Below are positions 1 to 13,182 of a DNA stretch of 64,000 nt, piece after piece. The notes under the pieces are model-generated. The model searched no databases. It had not been told where the DNA came from and saw only the letters and a list, made by a program, of their open reading frames with translations. Source of the DNA: Eledone cirrhosa (lineage: Eukaryota); NCBI GenBank assembly GCA_964016885.1, contig OZ024742.1, forward strand, positions 104,408,001-104,472,000, in the 5' to 3' direction. Numbering within the stretch: position 1 is the first letter of the stretch; each line of letters opens with the position of its first letter. Position numbers and translations under genes: made by a program.

Positions 1-426
1 CATTACAATATTTCTAACAAAATATACTGATTATGTGTTTCAATTAATTTTGAAAATAAACAAAAATTCTGAACAATTTAATAAAATAACAGTTTTTCAT
101 TAGTAAGCTGACATTTAGAACATTACTTAACAAAACTTTCTCACATAAAATCTTTAAATAAGCAGTTTTATATCAGAAATCCTGGGCAATTTGGTATCAA
201 AAACGTGAAAAGAAATGGAAGGAGATGGTTGGATTGTGTGTTGAGGAAAGGGGAGATCAAGAAAGACAGCTCAAAAATGATGGCAAAAATGGAAACCAGG
301 AGGTTGGTGAGAGGAGATACAGATAATAGGGAAAAACTTGATATGGGACTCACAAGGTTAACCTAGCTGTAGAAAATAAGATTGCTTTAAAACACCTTTT
401 GTTGTAGGTTTGCTACTTGCAACATT

Positions 427-557
427 GTGGAACAAGTTCAGGAATCAACCAGCTCTGTTAGCAACAAAGGGATTTTTTTTTTCTCAAAGTAGATTGTATG
501 ATGCCTGCATGAGAAGTGCAATATTGCAGCATGATGAGACATGGGCAGTAAATGCTG
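427..557 (+). pseudogene. Short RTE LINE ORF C-terminal fragment
   Basis: WNKFRNQPALLATKGF..RLYDACMRSAILQHDETWA aligns with WKKFRELIPLLAAKGF..RLYDACIRTAMLHGSETWA of the LINE in this window (about 57466-57590). Confidence 0.8.
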
Positions 558-719
558 TTATTGCTGTGTGTGTGAGAGTTATAATGCTTCATATATACAG
601 TTCCAAACTTGGTCCAACAATCATATTAATCCAACATAGTTGTCTTAACTTTCACCTTTCATCCTGATCTAATGGAACCTCTATAAAAACTTAGGTCTTC
701 CCACTCAATCAAAAGGAAA

Positions 720-1176
720 CTGTGTGTTAAGTATATGAACATGTGTGTGCATGCGTAAGTTTGAATATGTGTTTGTGCGTATGTATGCTTGTGCGTATGT
801 ATGTTAGTGTGTGTGTATGTATGTGGTGTGTGCATATGCATGTGTGAGTATGTGTATGTTATGTGTGAGCATGCAACAACATGGTTAAAGAAAAAGGGGA
901 GACTTTACATCAACAAACAACAAAGAGATTTCTTAATTAATCCAACTGAATGAACAAACTAAGTAGCAAACAGCGTGTGTGTATGTGCATGTATTTTCTC
1001 TGTGTATGTGTGTGTCTATGTATTTTCTGTGTGTGTATGTGTAATGTATGTACATGGTGTTTGCGTGTGTTGTATGTGGTATGTGTGTATGCAAAGTGTG
1101 TGTCTATATGTGTATGTGAAGTGTGTGTATATGCGTGGTGTGTATGCATATGCAGTGTGTATATGTGTGTGTGTGT
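720..1176. repeat. Degenerate (TG)/(TATG) microsatellite region
   Basis: Low-complexity TG/TA runs; these explain the His/Thr and Cys/Val ORFs. Confidence 0.9.
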
Positions 1177-1430
1177 AGCTAGTTGTGGCCAATGCTATAC
1201 CACTTAATTATAGGTCCATTCAGATCAGAGAGTGTAGTAGACTGAATTAGTCATTCTTATTAAGACAGGAATTGACAGTAATACCTCTACTACCACCACA
1301 ACTACAGCTACATCTATCTCTCATTAACACTGTCACCACTACAACTTCTTTACTACTAACCAATGTCACCATTACAATCAACCTCAACACCACAATAGCA
1401 ACCACTGAATGAATATATATATATATATAT

Positions 1431-1765
1431 CATCATCATCATTTTTACGTCCACTTTTCCCTGCTTGCAAGGGTGGGACGGGAACTGATTCTGGCTTGAT
1501 TTCTACAGCTGGATGCCCTTCCTAACACCAACCTCATTTACAGTGAGTGCTGGGTGCTTTTTTTGCCGTGGCACCTCCACGACCACTTTGCAGTGGAATG
1601 ATAGGGACCCCAGTCCTATCATCTCATTTCTACAGCTGAGTAAACTGGAGCAATGTGAAATAAAGTGTCTTGCTCAAGGAAACAACACATCACCTGGTCT
1701 GAGAATTGAACTCACAACCTTTCGATTGTAAGGCCAATGCTCTAACCACTAAGCCATGCGCCTTC
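1431..1765 (-). mobile_element. tRNA-derived SINE with RTE-type 3' tail (family B)
   Basis: Minus strand: A-box TGGCTTAGTGG, B-box GAGTTCAATTC, body TTCCTTGAGCAAGACACTTTATTTCAC, tail GGTTGGTGTTAGGAAGGGCATCCAGCTGTAG...(TGA)n matching the LINE 3'UTR at 58170-58333. Confidence 0.9.
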
Positions 1766-1937
<172 letters not shown>

Positions 1938-2083
1938 ACTGCAGTCCTGAGACCAAGGAGACCACTAATCATGGGAGTACTCAATGCATGGGCAGATGCA
2001 GAATGAGTAGACAGATAGGTATAATCTCGACCATGGCACCAAGTAGTCAGGATTATAGCTATCTCTCTCTATATATATATATA

Positions 2084-2289
2084 CAGGGTGGGCCAAACGT
2101 CACTTCCTTATTAAAAAAAAATTCATAATTTTTTTATCATTAAAATATTATTATTTTTTCTTTCAGATTAAAGTTGAATAAAAACAAGATCCGACTATGA
2201 AAGTTAATTTAAAGATAAAAAAATTAGTTTTGAGTGAATTTGTAATGTTTTATTAATGAAAATAGATAAGAAAATAGGTAAAAACCCTA
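2084..2289. mobile_element. Possible Tc1/mariner-type MITE remnant
   Basis: Starts TA-CAGGGTGGGCCA and ends ACCCTA-TA, inside TA runs; the terminal match is only about 7 bp. Confidence 0.3.
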
Positions 2290-2297
2290 TATATATA

Positions 2298-2770
2298 TAT
2301 AAACGTTTGTATTTGTAAAGCCAAAACAATGCAGGTATGGATATAGAATATAAATGCAAATGCAAAAGATGTTGTAGACAATTAGTCTTTTACTCTTTTA
2401 CCTAAAATTTATTTAAATATCCTTAATTTTCGAGATAATATCTCTTCTTCGGAGGGAAGTAAAGTTGTTAAACCAGCATTCTAAATAGCTTGCCAAGTCA
2501 TGCTGACAAGAAATGGTATATACTTGGTATGACTTGGCAAGCTATTTAGAATGCTGGTTTAACAACTTTACTTCCCTCCGAAGAAGAGATATTATCTCGA
2601 AAATTAAGGATATTTAAATAAATTTTAGGTAAAAGAGTAAAAAACTAATTGTCAACAACATCTTTTGCATTTGCATTTATATTCTATATCCATACCTGCA
2701 TTGTTTTGGCTTTATAAATACAAACGTTTATACCTCATTACACAATGCTTCAAGTGAACTATAACTTCCT

Positions 2771-2772
<2 letters not shown>
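2298..2772 (+). mobile_element. Fold-back (inverted pLTR-like) element between (TA)n tracts, probably a PLE remnant
   Basis: 204-bp inverted arms 2298-2501 / 2529-2732 (about 3 mismatches), 27-nt loop, 40-nt unique 3' extension, then (TA)n. The arms carry a hammerhead-like motif. Confidence 0.75.
2575..2609 (+). ncRNA. Minimal hammerhead-like motif (mirror copy 2421-2455, minus)
   Basis: cct-CCGAAGA-a-gagat/att/atctc-GAAA-at-ta-agg: U4C core variant, 5-bp stem II, AATT palindrome in place of stem III, 3-bp stem I. Confidence 0.45.
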
Positions 2773-2814
<42 letters not shown>

Positions 2815-2825
2815 GTATTGTAAAC

Positions 2826-3046
2826 AATAATTTCTAATTTAGGCAAAAGGCCAGCAATTTTGGAGAGAAGTGAAAGTTGATTACATCGACCCCAGTACAT
2901 GACTGGTACTTTATTTTATTGACCCTGGAAGGGTAAAAGGTAAAATTTACCTCGGTAAGATTTGAACTCAGAATATAAAGAAATGTAACTGAATGCCACA
3001 AAGCATTCTGTTCGACGCTCTAATGATTTTGCCCAGCTACTGCCTT
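2826..3046 (-). mobile_element. tRNA-derived SINE (family A)
   Basis: Minus strand: B-box GAGTTCAAAT, core ..TCAATAAAATAAAGTACCAGT..CTGGGGTCGAT, 3' TTGCTGGCCTT..CCTAAATTAGAAA; more than 30 related copies in the window. Confidence 0.85.
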
Positions 3047-3097
3047 CATACACTTTTAAGTAATAAAACAAGAAATTAATCTTAATAATCTTAATAT

Positions 3098-3485
3098 GGA
3101 GGCACATGGCTTAGTGGTTAGAGCATTGGCTCGAAAGGTTGTGAGTTCAATTCTCGGACCAGGTGATGTGTTGTTTCCTTGAGCAAGACACTTTATTTCA
3201 CATTGCTCCAGTTTACTCAGCTGTAGAAATGAGATGATAGGGACTGGGGTCCCTATCATTCCACTGCAAAGTGGTCGTGGAGGTGCCACGGCAAAAAAGC
3301 ACCCAGCCCACACTGTAAAGTGGACGTGTAGGCGCCACGGAAAAAAAAGCACCCAGCACTCACTGTAAATGAGGTTGGTGTTAGGAAGGGCATCCAGCTG
3401 TATAAATCAAGCCAGATGATTCCCGTCCCACCCTTGAAAGCAGGGAAAAAGCGGACGTAAAATGAAATGATGAAATGATGATGAT
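3098..3485 (+). mobile_element. SINE family B, inverted partner of 1431-1765
   Basis: Nearly identical to the reverse complement of 1431-1765, with a 7-nt head deletion, one extra tail unit of about 48 bp and a (TGA)n end. Confidence 0.9.
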
Positions 3486-3486
3486 C

Positions 3487-4095
3487 CCTAACCTTCGATG
3501 AAGCTCATGGCAGATCACCATTGTTGGTAGTGTGACTTTACCACAAAATGTTGAACACCACATGTAACATCTTAGAGTAGGAATGATCAAGTCTCCTTGA
3601 GTGAGCAACACTGAGAGTCCAAGATTCTGAACCTTATAGTAAGATGGTTTTGAATGTAGCTTTGAAAACTGCATCTGGTAGATCTTTCCAGACTTTTTGT
3701 AGTGAATTTATTACATTCTATGTTTAACCAATTCTGGTGGTAATGTCAAGCTCAGAGTCAGTGTAACAACCTAGATATTTAAATCTTGAACTAGGTCAAT
3801 AGGTGAACTGCCAGAAGCATGTAATGAACTGAAAGTAGATGGATTCAAATGCATGCATTTAGTTTTTGAAGCATTGAGAAACAAACCCACCTCTTGGAAG
3901 GCAGTCTCAATATGATAGAGAAGATCCTGAGCTGATTCAATGACATCTGCCAGAAGAGAGATATTGTCTGTATAGTTAAGATCAGGAAGTACAATAACTT
4001 GATGACAATGACTCCAGCAAACTTGATGGTTATACCATCAGTATCTATGATGGCAGTGTGAAGGGCGTAGTCCAAACATATTACAAAAAGGAATA
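3487..4095 (-). pseudogene. Degenerate RTE-clade LINE RT fragment (family distinct from the main LINE)
   Basis: Frame-shifted translation FVICLDYALH..LPDLNYTDNISLL..EVGLFLNASKTK..KYLG..GSESWTLS..RRLD matches non-LTR RT domains 4-7 (YADD decayed to YTDN). Confidence 0.8.
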
Positions 4096-4356
4096 AATAA
4101 ATTGAAAAAATATAGCAATGTTGGTACCATGCTGTCTGAGGAATTTTTATATTTTTGAGTAAACCTATTTAGATTAGGATTTAAAGATAAATTTATTATT
4201 TGGTTTACAGCATACAATGCACAACCTTAGCCCATTTGTGACCGTATTTCTTATGAAATACACTATTTCAATTAATTAATGAAGAATTTTTAATTTAGCA
4301 TATGGTTCTTATATAAAATTATATTGGACAATTTTAACTTACTGTATATACTCGAA

Positions 4357-4480
4357 ATGAGCTCGGAATGTAGAGAGTTGAACTCGGAACACAGAGCGTC
4401 AAACTCAGAATGCAGAGAATCAAACTCAGAATGCAGAGAGCCGAACTTGAGACAAATTCAGCATGTAAAGAGCTGAACTT
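4357..4480. repeat. 21-bp minisatellite, about 5-6 degenerate units
   Basis: Unit approximately TCAAACTCAGAATGCAGAGAG. Confidence 0.8.
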
Positions 4481-6039
4481 AGTACTACATGTAGTGAAGG
4501 TACTTCAGATGATAAAGAGATTACACACAAGGCAAAGCAATTGTATTATGTTGTGGTGTGTACATGCATATTAATATATGCATAAGATTTTCTTAAATGC
4601 TTTATAAACATGCTTCTAGTTTAGCATAGATAGGATGGTCTTTATTAAGATGGATAATTGCGCACAAGTGTTTGCAGCAATATTTTTTCTTTTATGTGGG
4701 CCAATTTTGCTGTACTCATGATTAACCAAATAATCACAAGTAGTAGTGATGGTGGTGTTGGTGGTAGTGGTGAAGGTGGTTTTGATTGTGGTGGTGCAGC
4801 TGCTGGTATAAGTAGTAGTAATGTAATGTGAGATATATACACCAACCCCGTCTATCTGGAAGGTCAGTAACTCTGGCTGGGTACTGACCTGGTCTGTTGC
4901 AACCAGTCCAATCCTTACTAGCAGGGCGAACAGGCGTTAAATGATAATGATGATGATGAGGAAGATAATGTGTGTTTTTATGAGTGGAATATACAAACAA
5001 CAATGAGACTACTTAATATAAGTAATAGGAATTCATATTATACATTGGTGTATTTCAAGTGAAAATGTTCAGGTTTTTTGAGTTTTTTAGCATGAAGTCA
5101 GGCTTCTGACTGACGGAAACATCAACTTCACACATGCATACACATTTATACACACACAGAGACAGATGGTCATACACACACACCTTGTCCTTCCAGAAGT
5201 ATTTGTTGAAACTAAATGGCCATCAAAGTCTAAACTAATGGTTTTAATGGTTAACTCTTGACAAACAGTGTTAAGTTTCTCTCACTATCTATCCAGTTCT
5301 CTTTTTTTCTGAGGATCAACAGTTTCCCAGCTGACACCTGTCCAAAACAATCATATACTTGATCCTCACTGAAGTTTTCCATTCACATCTACCATTACAT
5401 ATTTGAATGTTTGACACATTTACAGAGACTGGCATTTTGGGAGATCATCATCATCATCATTACCATCATTATCATCATCATCATTTTATGTCTATTTTCC
5501 TCGCTAGCAAGAGTTAAGAAAGTCATCACAGACAAACTCGGTACTCAAGAAGAGCTACTGATCTCTCAAACAGGCCAGGACCTACATTTCACTTTTATAC
5601 ATTCCCACAATTTACAGAGTGTACTGGGTGCATTTTATTGTGGCCCCACCACTAGGGAATTTGTCAATTTTTTTACACAACTGAAAGGTCCTCTCAGCCC
5701 TTAGTTTGGCAAGATTTCTACAGCTAGATGCCCTTTCTATCATCAATGACTTTACAGAGTGTATAAAGTGCAGTGGTGTCACCAACACTAGAGAGGTTGT
5801 TGCGTCCTTGACACAACTTAAAAATCTTAACCTTTTATTTATTTATTTATTCATTATTTATTTAAATGATCTCGATGTCTTTCCTATCATAAACCACATT
5901 ACAGGGTGTACTGGGTTCATTTTTGGAGAGCTTTAAAATCCTTTTTTTCTTTTTTGTCAATTGGCATCATCTTCTCTAATAACAGTTATGTCATAACTGG
6001 AATGGATAGGAGATTTTCATGGTTTATCTCCCCCTGAAC

Positions 6040-6437
6040 ACGTTTGTAGGTGAAAGTTGCTGACAAATAAATCAATCTTCAGTATATGACTGGTATTTTA
6101 ATTCATTATTCCCCCAGAGGCAAAATCTCAAAACCAACCTCAGTGGCATTTGAATTCAAAATGTAACACTAAATACTGGAAGACATTTCCTACACTTCAC
6201 TGTTTTTTGTCACGCAATAAGAATAATAATGGTTTCTAATTTAGGCATAAGGCCAGTAATTTTGCAAGAGGGGAAAGTTGATTAAATCGACCCTAATGCA
6301 TTACTGGTACTTTATTTTATCGACTACGTAAGGATGAAAGGCAAAGCTAACCTCTTGTGGGATTTGAACTCAGAACGTAAAAGGCCATAACTATATGCTA
6401 CAAAATATTTTCTCCGGCGCTTTATAATCCACAGCAC
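6040..6437 (-). mobile_element. Two SINE family A copies in tandem
   Basis: CTGGTACTTTATTTTATCGAC..GATGAAAGGCAAAG..GATTTGAACTCAGAAC motif; the first copy is degenerate. Confidence 0.8.
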
Positions 6438-6690
6438 AAATAATAACCATAATAATAATAACAGTATTCATATTAATCTCCGCCTAGCTATCTTTAAAAT
6501 ACATAAAGATTACCAGGTATTACGTAATAAGCCTGATAAATTCATATGATAACAATGAGAATATTGTGTTAATCAATATAGCAATAGGAAATTACTATAA
6601 AATTGTATAAAAATGAGCTGAAATGATAAGGAATTAAACTGACTTAGCTGTTAAAGAATGTGTCCAATATACTATATACTACAATTAGTA

Positions 6691-6882
6691 TAATTGTTTC
6701 TACTTTTGGCACAAGGCCAGCAATTACTCCAGTGTATTACTGGTACTTTATTTTATCAACCCCGTAAGGATGAAAGGCAAAATTAACCTTGGCGGGATTT
6801 GAACTCAGATCATAAAGGGCCGTAACTCTATACTGCAAAGCATGGCGTCCGACCCTCTCCCGATACTGTCAATCCACCGCTC
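6691..6882 (-). mobile_element. SINE family A, short-body subfamily
   Basis: Closely similar to 60418-60601 and 31377-31568 (shared internal deletion after GGCCAGCAATTA). Confidence 0.85.
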
Positions 6883-6919
6883 TTGTATAATACACACCAG
6901 CCTCTGTAAAGTCTACAGA

Positions 6920-7060
6920 TTATCTATAGGGTGCCAGTCCATTGCTGTGTTAAACCCTAGCTATTGCTGGTACTCATTTTTGACTTGAGTGGACTGGAGT
7001 AACATGAAATGAAGTGTTTTGCTCAAGAACACAATATGCCACCTGGTCCAAGAATCATGA
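6920..7060 (-). mobile_element. SINE family C fragment
   Basis: Shares CTGGTACTCATTTT..GTGTTTTGCTCAAGAACACAA with 37477-37728. Confidence 0.65.
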
Positions 7061-8619
7061 TTGTAATTTCATATCCTAAAAACTAGGCTGTTAATTTTAC
7101 TGTTATTTGGAACTCTATAACATCACAACCTGATGTTATATAGAACTCTACAAGTATCATATTCTATATCTGGTATCAAGGTCTAATGATGCTGAGTGAT
7201 ACACCTTATGGGAATAGAAGGATTATTTATTCTCTAAAACAATCAATATGCAGATATCTCTCTCACTATCTCACTCTCCTATTATTCCATCTTGCTCTCA
7301 TCACTGTGGTTCTTTTTTTATTTCTCTCTCTTCTTCCATCCTCTTGCTTTGATTCTCTTTAATCACTGTCTTCTATCACCCTCTTGGTCACCTTGCTTCT
7401 TTTCGATCTCCCTACCAACAACTGTCATATAGCTGTGTATCACTCCTTCACTATATAATCAATTACTCTCTCTCTCTTTCTCTTTATCACCCTCTTGCTG
7501 CTATCACTGGTTCACCTTATTTTTTATTCTTCAATCATCTTCTTGCTTTGATTGCCTTCCCACTCAACTATGTGAGAAAGAAAGAATGTAGACAAGACAA
7601 GATGGGTCTTACTAACAATTAGACAACCCTCTGGTGCTGGTGACAAACAAATGGAAATAACACAGAGTAGAAAGAAGGACTTTATAATCTTGCAGGAGAC
7701 CAACATAGAAACCATGTCAAAATATGGAACTCAACTAAGAGGATAGTAAATAAGAAATGGCTTAAATTGTGATGAACATGCCAACCCATGCTAGTATAGA
7801 TTAGCAGATGTAAAAAATAACGATGATGGAGAGCGAGAGAGTTTATGTTTATAAGGTTAGATTTCTTTATGTTCTTCCACTACCTAACACTCTTTTCAAC
7901 TACTGTAATGAAATGCTTTCCACAATGTTAGTGACATGGTAGTTAAATCTAACACACACATACACAATTAATCTAAGGAGTGGTGAAGAAAACTTGGTAT
8001 GTGTCTATAGTTATGGGGGTGGTGATTATTGCATGTATTTACTATTTGTACCAGTTTATATTCTTATATTTGGAGTATATTTTAATGTTTATGTAGTATA
8101 AATGAATCTGTGTTGTTGTTTAGCCCAAGGTCAACTCTCATTGAGCATATCTGTGTCTTTCTACTTCAAGACAATAATATGTAATTTGAAGGATATTTAG
8201 CTGCTATTTTTGGTAAGTCGAACAATAACATAGCGACTCATTATGTATATATGTGTGGTGTGTACGTATTTCTTTATACAGGTATGTGTGCTTATACATA
8301 TATACATGAATAGGTGTTTGAAAGTGTGTAGGAGTAAATATGAATGTCTTCAGCTATTTTTATGATAAACTTAATAAACTCAGAGTACATAGTAGGGTGG
8401 GGATTTTTAGGTCATTATATGTAGACATGCTTGTGTGAAGACATATCTAAATTCACATATGCAAGCTTCTTCATACAAAGCCATAAAACACATACACACA
8501 TATATAAAAGTACACATTTATATATATATATATATATGTATATATATTTATTTATATAAATGTTTCTCCTGAAATATTCTCATTACTTATTGAACATTCC
8601 TCATAAATAAATAAATATA

Positions 8620-8925
8620 CATGTATGTTTGGACCTGTAACTTCTGATGGAATCATAGGGATGCCATATTGGCAGAGCCCATCTCCTCTACAGGTATGAA
8701 TACAGCAGATTTTTTCCAAAGAAGGATATAGAGTGAGAGAAAGAAAGTGAGAAAGAGATATAGAGGAAGAATTGATCCCAGTACTAAACTGGTACATTTT
8801 TATCAACCTTAAATGGATGAAAGGCAAAATTGATTTCAGTGGGATTTGAATTCAGAAAGCAGAGAGCTGAAACAAATATTGCAAGCATTCTATCCTATGT
8901 TCTAACAACTCTGCCAATTTACCAC
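8620..8925 (-). mobile_element. SINE family A, extended-tail variant (A2)
   Basis: Family A head and core plus a 3' extension AATCTGCTGTATTCA..GAGATGGGCTC..CCATCAG.AGTTACAGGTCC, also at 11224, 15005, 28532, 41379 and 46831. Confidence 0.8.
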
Positions 8926-11223
8926 ATATATATATATATATATTTACATTTACAAGTATATATAAACACTCACAAGTGCATATGTATAGAAACTGTCAGA
9001 TATGTGTGTGTGTGCATGCTGCATATCGGTGAGGGATTGCAGAATTGCTGCATCAAACAAAAACATCATGTGATATTTAGTTTTGTCTCCATTATATCCC
9101 TTTACAGCTGATTGACTTTGCCTTTTGAGGTCCCTAAGAGATTGATAAGATAATTCATAGTACTGGGTTTCATAGAATCAACAAAACTTTGAAAGTGCTG
9201 CCCAAAAATGGCTGCAAACTATTGACTGAAATCAGTAAAAAATATTTTAGTAAAATAATCTATAGTTTCATGTTTGGTTCTTTAAAATTTTCTAGTCACA
9301 GAATCTACTTATAGTCAGTTTTAGTATATAGAATATTCAGCTCATGATTTCTTAGGTTATAGTTAATTTCTACAACATAGTATACAGCAGATCTTCAGTG
9401 GTGCCACAACACTTCATTTTACTTGCTTTATCCCTTCTTATACCAAACCCCCTGAAACCGCCACTGGTTATATGATACAGTTTGTTATCTTAAGAAATAT
9501 ATTTATCTACACTTGGAGAAGGGGTGGGTTCTGCTAGGTTTAAAATTCCCCAAACACAGTGTATGTCATGACAGCACCCCTACATCTCCACCAGGAATTA
9601 AGGGTCCATACATATTTATTTAAAAATCCTCCATGATAATTTTGCATAAGAATCTTTCCTAAGTTATGCACCAAACACCAGCTTAAGAATGTCAAGGTTT
9701 ATTATATTACTAAATCCTCCCCAAACTAAAACCTAAATCTCAAATTTCACATTTCTTTTTCAGATATTTGGTGCCTTTCATGTTTGGTGCCTACATAATT
9801 GATAACTGCCAGCAGATTGATCACCAAACTGATTTCACAGCAGTAATGAGGCTGTATAACTTGAAATTGGCAGCCACAATACTTCACAACTGGAGATAAA
9901 CATTACTGGGGCTTCTATGAGCCCACAAAAGAGACAAAATCCCACAATAGAGAGATCTAGTATCTAGGTTTCAACTGTGAAGAAGATATTACAAGCATAC
10001 TTGCCAATTGGTCTTAGAAAGTATCATATATATTATTTATGAAACAGCTAACATTAGAAATCCTTTGAGAGCTTGTATGTATGCATGGAGCCATAACTCC
10101 TGAGTGAATCATAGAGGTGCTATTGTGACATACAATGTATCTTGGGCACTTTTTTAACTTTGCAAGGCCCATCCCACTCCCCATCTGAACACAACTGATT
10201 TCTTTCAGAGAAGGAAAGTAAGGAATTGAGAAACAGATATAAAGGAAGAATTCACCCCTGTATTGGACTAGTACTTTTTATCAACCTCAAAAGGATGACC
10301 TCAGAGAGCTGGAACAAATACCACAAAGCATTCTATCCAATGTTTTAACAACTGTGTCAATTCACCATCTCCTTTGAGAGGTAAAGGACACAAGAATTGC
10401 AGATTGGGCACTTGTAAGGAGGAAAGGGATTAGAAGAACAAGGTTACTAATCTTTGGATTGCTTCCACATTGAAATCCTATAATCAGTTTGGAACTAACA
10501 TATTAGTCAGAGATCAACATGAAATTACTCACCAAAAGATTAATATTTTAATTGTTCCATGAATGTTTGCATAAAGATAGAAAAAGAGAAAGTTGAAGAG
10601 ATAAGCTAATAGTCTTATCAAACTAGAACAGTATTTAGTAGGTTTTACAGAATTTATAAATATATTCTGGACACAATGTTTAATGCCCTCATTTATCATA
10701 TTATCACTATCATTGTTTTACTTTGTGTAGAACAACCAATATATATAATAAAGACAGTGAAGGCTTTTGTTTAGAAGTATGGTATGGTGATTGGAGACCC
10801 TGACTGCATCAGATTAGGGCACCTCAGAATAAACATAATCACTGGAGTTATAATAAGAAATGTTAGGAATGTCTAAGAGAAGCAGGCCATTGTTGTATTA
10901 ACAGTGAACTGAGTATAGTTAAGAGGTTCACTTCACAATCATTAGCTCCTTAGTTTGAACCCACTGTGAAGCATCTTATGCAAGTGTTGGGTTGATCGCA
11001 TAACAAGCATGATTGGTCAATCTGACCCATCTAGTCTTAAACTGTGGTAACCCATCCAACCCATGCCAGATTGATGTTGATGGTGAGATTTGTAGTGCTG
11101 AGATACTGAATTGAAAACTTGCTGTATTTATTAGAATCTATTCCTTAGCAAAGTAAATTTCTATGCTTCCCATAGTCTACCAAATTCAAACTTATTCCTA
11201 TTTTATTGTTGAAATAATTAGCA

Positions 11224-11515
11224 ACAGAGACAGCAAATTTGTTGAATTGTGAAATCATCAGAATTTGCAGTATTTATTCCAGCTTTCTGCAGTTGGAATT
11301 CAAATCTCCACCAAAGTCAACTTTATCTTTTATCCTTTCAAGGTTGATATAAAAAGTACTAGTCCAATACTAGGGTTGATTCTTCCTTTATATATCTCTC
11401 TCTCCCCTTCTTCTTCAAACATGGAGAGGTGATGGGTTACTGTAGGTTTAAAATGCCCAAGATATGATATGTCACTAGGGTGCTCCTACAACTCCATCAG
11501 GAGTTACAACACATA
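11224..11515 (+). mobile_element. SINE A2
   Basis: TTCAAATCTCCACCAAAGTCAACTTT..GGAGAGGTGATGGG..CTCCATCAGGAGTTAC. Confidence 0.75.
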
Positions 11516-13182
11516 CAATTAGCAACAGGAATGACATCCACTCTCTATAAAAGTATCCTCACCAAATCTTCTTAGAAGATACATTATTGAACAGGCTGAT
11601 GTAGAATAACTTCCATTTCATAATTCAAAGAGGGCCCCTCTACATGGCTGCTTGTCCTGATAGGAGTAGCAGGTAAATCTCCCTCAAATTATAACCTACT
11701 AGTTTAAAAATGGAAGGACAAAGTGAATAATATAGTCCTGAGACACAATGTTTGCAAAAAAAAAAAAGGCGGGGGGGTATCACAACTGTTACAACTTTAT
11801 CGCAGTTTGCCATCGAGCTAAACAACAACAGCTTCTACTTCACATTTAAAATTTATACTGGTGATAAGACTGAGGCAAACAGAGTAAGGCACATTTACCC
11901 AAGGGTACAACACAATATATGTAGCAAGATTTGAATCAATGACTTGATCAGTTATTTGATCATTAGCAAAGCAATGGACCCATTAAAACACTATTTCCCA
12001 CAGTGTGGTTCCAAGATAGACACGCTGACAAAGCAAATATTCCAGTTTTCATAACACCATATGTTGGCTGGCTATACAATCCTACGTACTTTCTTGAATA
12101 ACATTATAATATATACTGTAGATATATTATTACTCTGAAGAGTGTTCTAGAAAGATTCCAGTTTGTGGTTATGTATCACGAAACTGCTACTACATCCATT
12201 GCCCTATCAGTTTAACATTGCATATACCAATGGTTCATGTCACTTAGCTTGAGATATTTTATGTAACTCAGATTCATACATGTATAATATATACATTTGA
12301 AACATACTACATAAATCTTCAACACACACACACACATTATTGCTAAAGTTAGCTATTTTTTTCAACTACTTCAAGTTTCTTGCCAGAGAAGTTTTGATCA
12401 GGGAGTTATCACAAAGCTTGTCTCTCTCTCTCTCTATCTATACACTCACCCCACCCCCACATACACAGAGTAATGTGAGTGATGCTGACTCTATAGTATA
12501 TATGCCTTATGTGTGTGTGTGTGCATGTATATATACACATAGGCATGATTTCTAGAAGATTCTACAGAAAAGAAATACCTTTCTTACTGGTCTCTATCCT
12601 CAATTTCAAATCCAAAACAAATGGTTGATGTCTGGGGGAAAATAGCAAGTTACTGAGAAGGAATCATTTTTATTAAAAAAATAACAATGGCTCTCACAGT
12701 TCTGAGGACATGTGAAGACTGGGGCCAAACTATGGCAGTTCAAAGGAAAACACATCAGAAGGAAATGAAGCATAAGAAAAAAAGGAATACTTATAAAGTA
12801 AACAAAACAATATGGATGCCAGGTGGGGGATGGTGATGAGGTAAGGAAAATGGAGAATGCAAACAGAAGTGGGATATCAATGGAGAAAGATTTGAAGACT
12901 GTAACAATTACAATGACAGATGGCTAAGTATAACAACAATGGTGATGAAATGACCATTATCAGAATAATTATTTTTCTTCTATATTAATAAATTAAGCAA
13001 TTGGTTTTGACACCTTTCACTCACACCATTGCCTTCTTCGTGTTCTACTTCAAAGTCATATTTGTTTTCAGTTGAAATTTAAGAAGTTCCAGCAGTAGAA
13101 GGCATTCAAAGACTATGTTTGTCAGGAATGTGCACATAGGTGAATCTAAAGACCCAGTCTTTGGTAACTCAATAACACTATT

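Noticed and set aside
5088-5128. Eighth hammerhead (catgaa-gtcag..ctgac-ggaaac-atc)
   Set aside because: A 5-bp stem and GAAAC are present, but CTGANGA and stem I are not; too decayed to support.
9360-9400. Other CTGAAGA..GAAA matches (also near 12135 and 33557)
   Set aside because: No consistent stems I-III; expected by chance in AT-rich DNA.
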